Below are positions 10,308 through 17,450 of a stretch of DNA of 64,000 nucleotides, one piece after another. Source of the stretch: Alphaproteobacteria bacterium (GTDB taxonomy: Bacteria; Pseudomonadota; Alphaproteobacteria; Rickettsiales; 21-14-0-20-44-7); the NCBI GenBank assembly GCA_043757405.1, contig JAYVPI010000011.1, positions 49,297-113,296 of the forward strand, read 5' to 3'. The notes beneath the pieces were generated by a model that was given only the letters and a program-made list of their open reading frames with translations, had not been told where the DNA came from and did no database searches. Numbering within the stretch: the first letter of the stretch is position 1; each line of letters begins with the position of its first letter. Both the position numbers and the translations under genes were made by a program.

Positions 10308-10436
10308 CTAATGTAAAGTTATTTCTGGGATTTACCAGTTCTTTCCTGTGATAGCTGACCCGTTGACTTTACTGCCTTTTTCTCCTTATCGAGGATAGAC
10401 AAGGATTTTTTGAGATTACTCGAAATTGCCTTCCTC

Positions 10437-10456
10437 TGCTTCCCCCGTGCTTCCCC
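10437..10456 (+). promoter_or_regulatory. Putative integrase arm-type site (left copy)
   Basis: tgcttcccccgtgcttcccc recurs at 16318-16337 with 19/20 identity in the same orientation. Both copies lie inside the island near the att cores. Confidence 0.4.
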
Positions 10457-10492
10457 CGAAGCATTTAATCAACCGATAAGGAGAAATATATC

Positions 10493-11752
10493 ATGCCCAA
10501 AATTACAAAACGCACAATCGATACACTTAAAGCCATTTCATCCGACAAAGATGTATTCATCTGGGATTCCGACGACGGCTCACTCAAAGGATTCGGCATC
10601 AGGGTAAAACCTAGCGGTGCAGCTTCTTACTTTGTTCAGTACCGTAACAAAGAGGGGCGCACTCGCCGCCTGGTGCTGGCAAGGGTGACGACTTTCTCGC
10701 CGGAGGAAGCGCGAAAGGAGGCGAGAGTAAAACTCTCCTTTGTGTCAAAAGGCGAAGACCCATCTGCCGAGCGTCACGCTGACAGGAAATCTATGACAGT
10801 TGCGGAATTATGCGACCTGTATTTCATCGAAGGTGCTGGGCATGTGAAGACCTCGACGCTTGTTAATGATAAATCACGCACCTCATGTCATATCAAACCT
10901 CTACTTGGCAACCGCGTTGCAAAGGGCTTAACCATCACTGACATTGAAAAGTTTCAGAACGACATCGCTATCGGCAAAACTGCAACGCGGAAGAAAGAGA
11001 AAGGGCGCGGCGGTAACGTCAGGGGCGGACGCGGCACTGCGGCGCGGACTGTTGATACCTTGAGCATGATTTTGGAATTTGGCAAACGCCGGAAAATCAT
11101 TGGTGAAAATCCTGTGCGCGGTGTCAAGAAATTCGCCAGCGAAAAGCGTAAGCGTTTTCTTTCTAGCGAGGAATTGAAATCCCTGGGTGATGAATTGCGG
11201 AAGATGGAAGACAACGAAGGAAAATATACTGCACCCGCTGCTATCAGGGCTTTGCTCCTGACCGGTTGCCGCAAGAATGAGATGCTTGCCCTGCCGTGGT
11301 CATGGCTCGACGCCAAAGCTCGCTGCATCAGGTTTGAGGATACCAAAAGCGGCGCACAGATACGGCCACTTGGCGCAACAGCAGCCGAATATCTCGGGGC
11401 AATACCAAAAGATGCAAATACTCGCTGGGTCTTTCCGGCGGATAAGAGCCAGGGGCATTATATCGGTCTGCCCAGGGTATTGGAGAGGCTGTGCGAAAGG
11501 GCTGGAATTAAAAATGTAAGTTTGCATGTTCTCCGCCACACCTTCGCGGCATCAGCAGCGGAGCTTGGATATTCCGTTCTTACAATCGCCGGATTACTTG
11601 GCCATAGCGTACCAGGCGTGACCGCACGTTACGCGCATGTGCCAGACCGCGCTTTAATCTCTGCAGCCAATCATGTTTCCAAATATGTAATGGAGATGTT
11701 GGAGGGGAAAGAGGAAGCCAATGTCGTGCAACTCCGGAACATGGCGGGATAG
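10493..11752 (+). CDS. int: Tyrosine site-specific integrase (P4-like, DUF4102 arm-binding N-terminus)
   Basis: 419 aa. N-terminal LKGFGIRVKPSGAASYFVQYR (DUF4102-like) and C-terminal HVLRHTFAS...LLGHS...YAH catalytic R-H-R-Y region. AAGGAG SD 9 nt upstream. Confidence 0.9.
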   Translation: MPKITKRTIDTLKAISSDKDVFIWDSDDGSLKGFGIRVKPSGAASYFVQYRNKEGRTRRLVLARVTTFSPEEARKEARVKLSFVSKGEDPSAERHADRKSMTVAELCDLYFIEGAGHVKTSTLVNDKSRTSCHIKPLLGNRVAKGLTITDIEKFQNDIAIGKTATRKKEKGRGGNVRGGRGTAARTVDTLSMILEFGKRRKIIGENPVRGVKKFASEKRKRFLSSEELKSLGDELRKMEDNEGKYTAPAAIRALLLTGCRKNEMLALPWSWLDAKARCIRFEDTKSGAQIRPLGATAAEYLGAIPKDANTRWVFPADKSQGHYIGLPRVLERLCERAGIKNVSLHVLRHTFAASAAELGYSVLTIAGLLGHSVPGVTARYAHVPDRALISAANHVSKYVMEMLEGKEEANVVQLRNMAG

Positions 11753-11851
11753 TCTGTAAATTTCTGTGGACAGCACTCATCTATTTCGAATAACCTCAAT
11801 TCACCATCCATGTAAAAAAGTCTTAAACAATAATGTAGGACAGGTTTTTAT

Positions 11852-12082
11852 ATGGTCGAAAATAATATTTCTATTAAGCGGCTTCGTCGCAAACAGGCTT
11901 CCAAGTATCTGGAGGAAAAGTGGAGCATCAATCGCGCTCCAAGCACATTAGCAAAACTTGCAGTTATTGGCGGTGGGCCGAAGTTTCAGCATGTTAATCG
12001 CATTCCATTATACCCAATCACAGAACTGGACGATTGGGCCAGCGCAATGTTAAGCCCTCTGAAATCGTCTACAAGCGAATAG
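11852..12082 (+). CDS. AlpA/excisionase-like helix-turn-helix protein
   Basis: 76 aa. Its size, its position after int, and the pattern ...STLAKLAVIGGGPKF...IPLYPITELDDWA resemble AlpA/Xis-family DNA-binding proteins. Confidence 0.55.
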   Translation: MVENNISIKRLRRKQASKYLEEKWSINRAPSTLAKLAVIGGGPKFQHVNRIPLYPITELDDWASAMLSPLKSSTSE

Positions 12083-12089
12083 CGTTAGT

Positions 12090-12629
12090 ATGAGTTCTGT
12101 ATACTTCAACCCTGTGTATGCGACTAAGTATGGAGTCGGAGAGGCCATATTAATTGAGAATTTCCAATTTTGGATTGGGATTAATCAAGGTAATGGCGTG
12201 AACCTTCATGAAGGACGTACATGGTCATTCATGACGCAGCAGCAGTTGTCAGATAAATTCCCGTTTTTTAAGAAAAAGAAAATTGAAAGGCTTCTGGAAT
12301 CATTGTGCGCACAAGGAATAATCATAAAAGGCAGATTCAACAAGCGTAAAAACGACCGCACAACCTGGTATGCATTTAACAATGAAACCGAGTTTATACC
12401 TAATAAGTCATTGAAAATACTCAAAGGTCAAAATCGAGATATCGATTTCCCAGAATTGGAACATCCACCATACGGAAATGACCCAGCGTTACCAGATATA
12501 AAACAAAATAATAAAACTAATTATCCAAATGAAGGATTTAACAATGCAACTTACTCAAACAAAAAATCAAAATTTGAACTTATCGCAGCTGGGGTTCATC
12601 ACGAAATTCTTAAACGCTCCGAAAATTAA
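12090..12629 (+). CDS. Winged-helix DNA-binding protein (replication/regulation-associated, island-encoded)
   Basis: 179 aa. HEGRTWSFMTQQQLSDKFPFFKKKKIERLLESLCAQGIIIKGRFNKRKNDRTTWYAF resembles replisome-organizer-type wHTH proteins of phages and islands. Confidence 0.45.
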   Translation: MSSVYFNPVYATKYGVGEAILIENFQFWIGINQGNGVNLHEGRTWSFMTQQQLSDKFPFFKKKKIERLLESLCAQGIIIKGRFNKRKNDRTTWYAFNNETEFIPNKSLKILKGQNRDIDFPELEHPPYGNDPALPDIKQNNKTNYPNEGFNNATYSNKKSKFELIAAGVHHEILKRSEN

Positions 12630-13107
12630 TTGGCAGGAGTATAAGCGGCTCTACGAGAAAGACATGAGTTATGAAAAACCGCCCACACTTGATGCAAGTC
12701 ATTTACCAACAATTCGTGCAATGATGAAAGAATTGGAGAATTTGGTGCTGCCAATCCGCCAGTTTCCGCAGCAACAAAATATCTTATCACAAGAGATTTT
12801 GAAATCAGCTTTGGCTCATCGGATTAAAGATGACCTGGGAGAAATTGGCGGCAGATTACGCGATGCAGTTTTCCAAGAAGATTTAGGAGGATTTCCATTG
12901 GATGTAATTCTTGAAGCAATGAAATCATGGCGGCAAAAGCAACCATATTTTCCAGCGACGTCTGACATTGTTAAACTTGCAGAGAAGTTATTGTTCGCTA
13001 GGAAGCAGCAAATTATGAAACTCAAAGTTTTGGAGGAAAAGATTCTTAAATCACATTCTTTGCAGCATCAAGAAAATATCACAACTAATCAAACGGTTTC
13101 AAACTAA
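12529..13107 (+). CDS. Hypothetical island protein (start uncertain)
   Basis: 192-aa ORF whose first 100 nt overlap the previous ORF out of frame. An internal Met at 12664 would remove the overlap. No recognizable motif. Confidence 0.4.
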   Translation: MKDLTMQLTQTKNQNLNLSQLGFITKFLNAPKINWQEYKRLYEKDMSYEKPPTLDASHLPTIRAMMKELENLVLPIRQFPQQQNILSQEILKSALAHRIKDDLGEIGGRLRDAVFQEDLGGFPLDVILEAMKSWRQKQPYFPATSDIVKLAEKLLFARKQQIMKLKVLEEKILKSHSLQHQENITTNQTVSN

Positions 13108-13113
13108 TGACGG

Positions 13114-13464
13114 TTGTTCAGAATGGCGAATTATAATGGAAATCCGAATATTGCAATCTACGGTCAGCGCACCCAGTTCGGCCAGCCCAAAGGGGCTGAT
13201 TCAAAGATAGCGCGGAAGATGGCATTCAATCCCTGGCTAATACGAAATGCAGTCCGGCGCATTGGATGCACCGTATTCGATGCGAATAGGCCTTTCACTG
13301 TGGAATACATCCTGAACACAATAGCTCCAAAGGGGAAGGCCACTGGTGCACAATATTTTGCTGCTACGCTATTTGTACGAGCAATGACGGATGGAAAAGC
13401 TAATAAACTTGTTGGTGACATCATTGATGGGCCAGCCAGTAAACAGAGGGAGAGAGATTGCTAG
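13114..13464 (+). CDS. Hypothetical island protein
   Basis: 116-aa ORF with coherent coding appearance. No recognizable motif. Confidence 0.4.
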   Translation: MFRMANYNGNPNIAIYGQRTQFGQPKGADSKIARKMAFNPWLIRNAVRRIGCTVFDANRPFTVEYILNTIAPKGKATGAQYFAATLFVRAMTDGKANKLVGDIIDGPASKQRERDC

Positions 13465-13499
13465 GTTAAGGGCATTAGAGCGGTAAGTTAATAGCCTGA

Positions 13500-14039
13500 T
13501 TATCTGGATTTGCATTTCCTCCAATATCGATAAAAACAATATGGTGGAAAAATTAACAACATTATAAAAATTAGTCCTTCAAGGCCAATAATAAAATAAA
13601 TAGCTGGTAGCGCCCATGCGTAAGGCAAACCTGTTTTATCCCAAGCTATGCCTACTTGGAAAGAAACACACGTTGTAATAAGAGTTAAAAACCCATTATG
13701 ACAGGAAAGATTTCTCTGCTCTTCTTGAAGTTGAAGAACTGCTAAGTATTCTTGAAAACTTTTATATTTTTGAGGGTTTGTGCGAATTTGCTGAAAGTAA
13801 GAAGGATGAGAAGCTAAGCCTTGCTTTATTTCTGGATGGGTTTCTGCTAAGCGCATAAATTCTTGGATTTCTTTCTCTACTTTTTGTTGATGTACATTTT
13901 CTTCGTTAAGCCTTTTAATGTGTAATTCTTCTTGCCTCAATTCCTCCATATCACTCTCAAGATTGTATACAGCCTGAGCATGTGCGGGTATAATTACAAC
14001 AAGAATAATAGTTATAACAATTTTGAAAAATAGTTTCAT
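13500..14039 (-). CDS. Signal-peptide/coiled-coil membrane protein (island cargo)
   Basis: 179 aa. N-terminal signal-like MKLFFKIVITIILVVIIPAHAQA, a charged helical middle region and two C-terminal hydrophobic segments. Transcribed divergently from the SIR2-like gene. Confidence 0.55.
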   Translation of the reverse strand: MKLFFKIVITIILVVIIPAHAQAVYNLESDMEELRQEELHIKRLNEENVHQQKVEKEIQEFMRLAETHPEIKQGLASHPSYFQQIRTNPQKYKSFQEYLAVLQLQEEQRNLSCHNGFLTLITTCVSFQVGIAWDKTGLPYAWALPAIYFIIGLEGLIFIMLLIFPPYCFYRYWRKCKSR

Positions 14040-14237
14040 GATTCCCTCAACTTGGTGTCGGGGAGTTTCAAAAACCTATTCAAGAAAAGGTTCGCATTGG
14101 TCTTCGGGCAAGCCCTGTTATATGCACCAATACCTCCCCGACTAAGTCGAGGAGTGCGAATGACGGTCACACAATGCCGCCTTGAATAAGAGGTTTGAAC
14201 GCCCCAGAACTTGTGTAAGTCCTGATTTGAAGATAAC

Positions 14238-15377
14238 ATGCTACCTTTTCAGGTCAACAAAGTAATGCAAAACCATAAAGACTCACCAGAAAAGCTAGTG
14301 TTCGTTCTTGGAGCAGGGGCAAGCTCTCATTTTGGCTATCCATTAGGAAGCCAGCTTATAAAAGCAATGGAAATGTTCCTTAAAACAATATCTGTAAGAA
14401 ATAAAAACGAATATGAGAAAGACGGAAACATTCAAAGGGCCAGAGAATTTCTTACACAAATTCAGTCATACAATCCTTTGAACATTGATTATTACTTACA
14501 TAATAATCCAGACGAAGAAGAAATGGGTAAAAGGCTCATAGAAGCAACAATATTACATTGTCAAAATTCCAAGCTGTTCAAACATAATACCAGAGAAGAA
14601 ATTTGGTGGAAAAAGACTATGGTATTGTCAGAGAAAAAATATGTCAATTCCGCTAATTGGGTCAAATTTATCCATCATAAAATTGTCGCGAATTGCAAAA
14701 CTGTTGATGACGTCATTAAAGAACTGAACGATATAACCATCATAACATTCAACTATGATTTATCTTTTGAGCAGGCTTTGTGGGAATACTTTAAGAAAAG
14801 CAAATTTGAAAAAGTAAGAGAATTTTTATTTTCTCAATTTTACGAGAAAAACGTGATTCATATTAATGGAAAAGTTTCTAATAAAAATCTTAACGGCGAG
14901 CCTGTAAAAGATGATTACGAATGTCTTAATTTTGATGCAGATGGTGACCAAGCATACACTCGCTTTTTACAGTCAGACGGAGGCGGTATTGAAATAGTTG
15001 GAGTAGATAAGGCCAAACCAAATTCTCTAGCAGTAGAGAGGATAAAAGAAGCCCACTTATTATATCTGCTAGGATATGCTTTTGATGAGTTTAACAATTA
15101 TGTCATTGGCCTAGACACGCCATTCCAGCTTGGAAATAAGAATTTCAATTTCTACTACACAAATATGGCCGGCGGAGCGATAGTTGACAGCAAAGTCAGA
15201 AGTTTTTTTGACCCTTACGACATCAGAAGTTTTGGAGCAGATTCAAGAATCAAACAGGCTTTCAGAACCAGAGAAGATGACGCTCAACTATATGGCAATA
15301 TAGTAAAGTCTGAAAAGAATGTTTATAAAGCATTGGAAGAAGACTTGTTTATTCCTGTTATGAAGAAACTAAGTTAA
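14238..15377 (+). CDS. Stand-alone SIR2-like (SIR2_2-type) protein, putative NADase effector
   Basis: 379 aa with ordered motifs VFVLGAGASSHFGYP, IITFNYD, VIHINGK and LLYLLGYAFDEFN, matching the GAGxS / TTNYD / hHG / GYSxxD landmarks of defence-type SIR2 domains. Alternative start at 14265. Confidence 0.6.
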   Translation: MLPFQVNKVMQNHKDSPEKLVFVLGAGASSHFGYPLGSQLIKAMEMFLKTISVRNKNEYEKDGNIQRAREFLTQIQSYNPLNIDYYLHNNPDEEEMGKRLIEATILHCQNSKLFKHNTREEIWWKKTMVLSEKKYVNSANWVKFIHHKIVANCKTVDDVIKELNDITIITFNYDLSFEQALWEYFKKSKFEKVREFLFSQFYEKNVIHINGKVSNKNLNGEPVKDDYECLNFDADGDQAYTRFLQSDGGGIEIVGVDKAKPNSLAVERIKEAHLLYLLGYAFDEFNNYVIGLDTPFQLGNKNFNFYYTNMAGGAIVDSKVRSFFDPYDIRSFGADSRIKQAFRTREDDAQLYGNIVKSEKNVYKALEEDLFIPVMKKLS

Positions 15378-15410
15378 AATTATCTCTGCTACACATAAGA
15401 AACTAGCTTA

Positions 15411-16268
15411 TCATTCAACTATATCTTTCAGAACTTGTGGATTCTGTTCTGATGCCAACGAATTATGTCGGGATAACTCGTCAGCATATTTCATTACATT
15501 GGCTGCCCGCTCGGCTGTTTCTTTATCTGTATTCCTTCCCTCAATAATGTTTACTAGCTCTTTGACCAGCAACTCATCCAATTCAGTCAACAAGTTGAAA
15601 TAACCTTTGAGGCCATATTTATTTATGTAATCAGCTCTATGTGGTAATGCTGCAAGTAATAATTTCTTTTCTGCTTCGCTATCAATTAATTTCGCCAAAT
15701 CCGAAGTTCCAATACTTAATAATTTAATTCGCATGTAAGCCCCAGCTAGAATCGTCTGCAAAGCAGTAAAATAAGCCCAAGCAATCGGAGAAATATACGG
15801 CTTTTCGGCAAGAGACGAAGGATAAGGAGCGTCATCAGCCTTTATCATCTTGGCTTGATTATCGAAGAACTGCTGAATTTTTTTGTCATACACAGCACGT
15901 TCAGCCGCTTTTTCAAAATTTATAACTGATAATGACATTGCACCTATCCGGTAGCTGTTATAAGCAATCACAGCTGCCCATAGATTATCAACCGCTTTAA
16001 TTCGTCTCTCATCCAAAAGCGCATCCCGCCGGCTACCTCGTGATAAGATGGTTTCTTTTAATAATGAAATCTGACTCTCTTTTGAGCGCAGGTCACTCTT
16101 CAATGTCTCTTCGCTATTTCGGTAATCGCTACGAAGATTTTCCAGGCTAGATTCAAATTCGTGTTTAACTGCTTCGACAACTCTTGTTTTTAGTCCAAGG
16201 TAAAGGAGGCCTATTACGCCTGATACAACAAAAGACAGAATCGTTAGTAAATCACGCAAATCAATCAT
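15411..16268 (-). CDS. N-terminally membrane-anchored coiled-coil protein (island cargo)
   Basis: 285 aa. One TM segment (LLTILSFVVSGVIGLLYLGL), then a heptad-like charged region and an all-helical C-terminal domain. Convergent with the SIR2-like gene, 33-nt gap. Confidence 0.55.
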   Translation of the reverse strand: MIDLRDLLTILSFVVSGVIGLLYLGLKTRVVEAVKHEFESSLENLRSDYRNSEETLKSDLRSKESQISLLKETILSRGSRRDALLDERRIKAVDNLWAAVIAYNSYRIGAMSLSVINFEKAAERAVYDKKIQQFFDNQAKMIKADDAPYPSSLAEKPYISPIAWAYFTALQTILAGAYMRIKLLSIGTSDLAKLIDSEAEKKLLLAALPHRADYINKYGLKGYFNLLTELDELLVKELVNIIEGRNTDKETAERAANVMKYADELSRHNSLASEQNPQVLKDIVE

Positions 16269-16317
16269 ATTTTATCCGAGGACATTTTAGTTCCTGTAAT
16301 AGTTTTAATCAACGGCT

Positions 16318-16337
16318 TGCTTCCCCCATGCTTCCCC
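16318..16337 (+). promoter_or_regulatory. Putative integrase arm-type site (right copy)
   Basis: tgcttcccccatgcttcccc has 19/20 identity to 10437-10456. It lies 67 nt inside the tRNA-proximal att core. Confidence 0.4.
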
Positions 16338-16404
16338 GACGAGAAGCAGATGTCTTGCCAGATTCCCCAGAACCTGTTAAACAACAGACAGATAAAGAGA
16401 AAAG

Positions 16405-16481
16405 TGGTGGGCGGTTAGGGATTCGAACCCCAGACCCTCTCGGTGTAAACGAGATGCTCTAACCAGCTGAGCTAACCGCCC
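16405..16481 (-). tRNA. tRNA-Val (anticodon UAC), CCA encoded
   Basis: Hand-folded cloverleaf: acceptor GGGCGGT/ACCGCCC, D-arm GCTC..GAGC, anticodon arm TCTCG-TTTACAC-CGAGA, T-arm TGGGG-TTCGAAT-CCCTA, 3' ACCA. Confidence 0.95.
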
Positions 16482-16766
16482 GAAAAATCCATTTCTATGA
16501 GCATCTGCTTGCAGTTTCCTGCGCTTCCGGTGCTCATGTACGAGAAGTACATTCCGCGCCGGTTCTTGAAAACTGCGGCGCATCTGTCTCATATAAATGA
16601 ATTTTACTCCATTTATATTGGAGCGCTTGTTTAGCAATTAATCCCTGGCTAAGCAACCCTTTTTTGACTCAACTTGAGCCGTCAGCCCGCCGCATCCGGC
16701 GGCGTTTCAAAGTAGCGTCCGCAACGCTGTCTTTGAAACAATCAATAATGGAGTTAATTAATCGGC

Positions 16767-16797
16767 AAAAAAATACCCCGCTAAAAAGCGAGGTATT
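16767..16797 (-). terminator. Rho-independent terminator of hupB
   Basis: On the minus strand, taccTcgc-ttttta-gcgGggta is followed by a run of 7 T, starting 19 nt after the hupB stop. Confidence 0.75.
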
Positions 16798-16815
16798 AAA
16801 TTTTTTGCCTAGTAA

Positions 16816-17088
16816 TTAATTAACAGCTTCTTTCAAAGCTTTACCAGCGCGGAATTTTGGTTGTTTTGACGCTGGGATGTTGATTTTAGCGCCGGTGCGC
16901 GGGTTGCGGCCAGTTGTGGCTTTGCGTTTCTGCACGAGGAAAGTTCCGAAGCCAACAAGGCGGACTTCATTGCCTTTTTTCAGAGAAGTTCCGATTGAAT
17001 TGATGATTGCATCAACAGCGCGGGCTGCATCAGCGCGGCCGAGTTTAGCAGAATTTGCTACTGCGGCGATAAGTTCATTTTTATTCAT
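16816..17088 (-). CDS. hupB: DNA-binding protein HU
   Basis: 90 aa. [11 protein letters not shown]...VRLVGFGTF...[26 protein letters not shown] is the canonical HU/IHF fold sequence. Confidence 0.95.
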   Translation of the reverse strand: MNKNELIAAVANSAKLGRADAARAVDAIINSIGTSLKKGNEVRLVGFGTFLVQKRKATTGRNPRTGAKINIPASKQPKFRAGKALKEAVN

Positions 17089-17250
17089 ATTATTACCCTA
17101 TGGTTATCTATGTTATACCCTTTCGCAAACTGGCTCTGCGCCTGGCCCCGAAGAGTTTTTCCAGAAAAAACCAATTTTAAACTTCTGTCAACCAGAAAAG
17201 CGGAGATTTCTGCGCTTTTCCGCGAAATGGTAAAATTAAACACAGTAGTT

Positions 17251-17448
17251 TTAATTGCGCTAGAAGCGCCGCGCATGCCCTGTGGGCAGCTGTCGCCCTC
17301 AATGGGCTCGCTCAGTCGGGTCTAGTGCCCTCCTTCAGTGGAGGTTTTCCCTTCTAGGCAGTTGATGCTATGGAATCCGAGCGCATCGCGCGAAGGCAAG
17401 GCCATTGAGGCGGGAAGCTTTCTTGTGCGGCGCTTCTAGCGCAATTAA
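17251..17448. mobile_element. MITE-like element with perfect 22-bp terminal inverted repeats (copy 1)
   Basis: ttaattgcgctagaagcgccgc (17251-17272) is the exact reverse complement of 17427-17448. The interior is homologous, in inverted orientation, to 20657-20849. Confidence 0.8.
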
Positions 17449-17450
17449 AA

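Larger units (their letters stand above)
10260..16451. mobile_element. Integrative genomic island (~6.1 kb) inserted in the 3' end of tRNA-Val
   Basis: Exact 48-bp direct repeats at 10260-10307 and 16404-16451, the latter being the 3' half of the tRNA. Contains integrase, Xis-like and wHTH genes plus AT-rich cargo. The flanks are core genes. Confidence 0.85.

Noticed and set aside
10410-10607. 65-aa TTG-initiated ORF overlapping the integrase start
   Set aside because: It is out of frame with the well-supported integrase, which has a strong SD. The region is better explained as the int leader with regulatory repeats.
12529-12663. The 5' 135 nt of ORF 12529-13107 as genuine coding sequence
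   Set aside because: It overlaps the end of 12090-12629 by 100 nt out of frame, so a later Met (12664) is equally plausible. I kept the track coordinates but flagged the uncertainty.
14036-14239. 67-aa basic ORF in the divergent intergenic region of the island cargo
   Set aside because: It has no RBS, an Arg/Ser-rich sequence, and overlaps both neighbouring start codons. The region is better explained as promoter or structured leader.
10260-16451. Interpreting the island as a prophage
   Set aside because: It is only ~6 kb and has no capsid, tail, terminase, lysis or replication-helicase genes. It is better described as an integrative island or a possible satellite.
16377-16637. 86-aa ORF overlapping tRNA-Val, and the 92-aa ORF at 16184-16462
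   Set aside because: They run through the tRNA gene and the att core. Their translations are implausible, and the tRNA explains the conservation.
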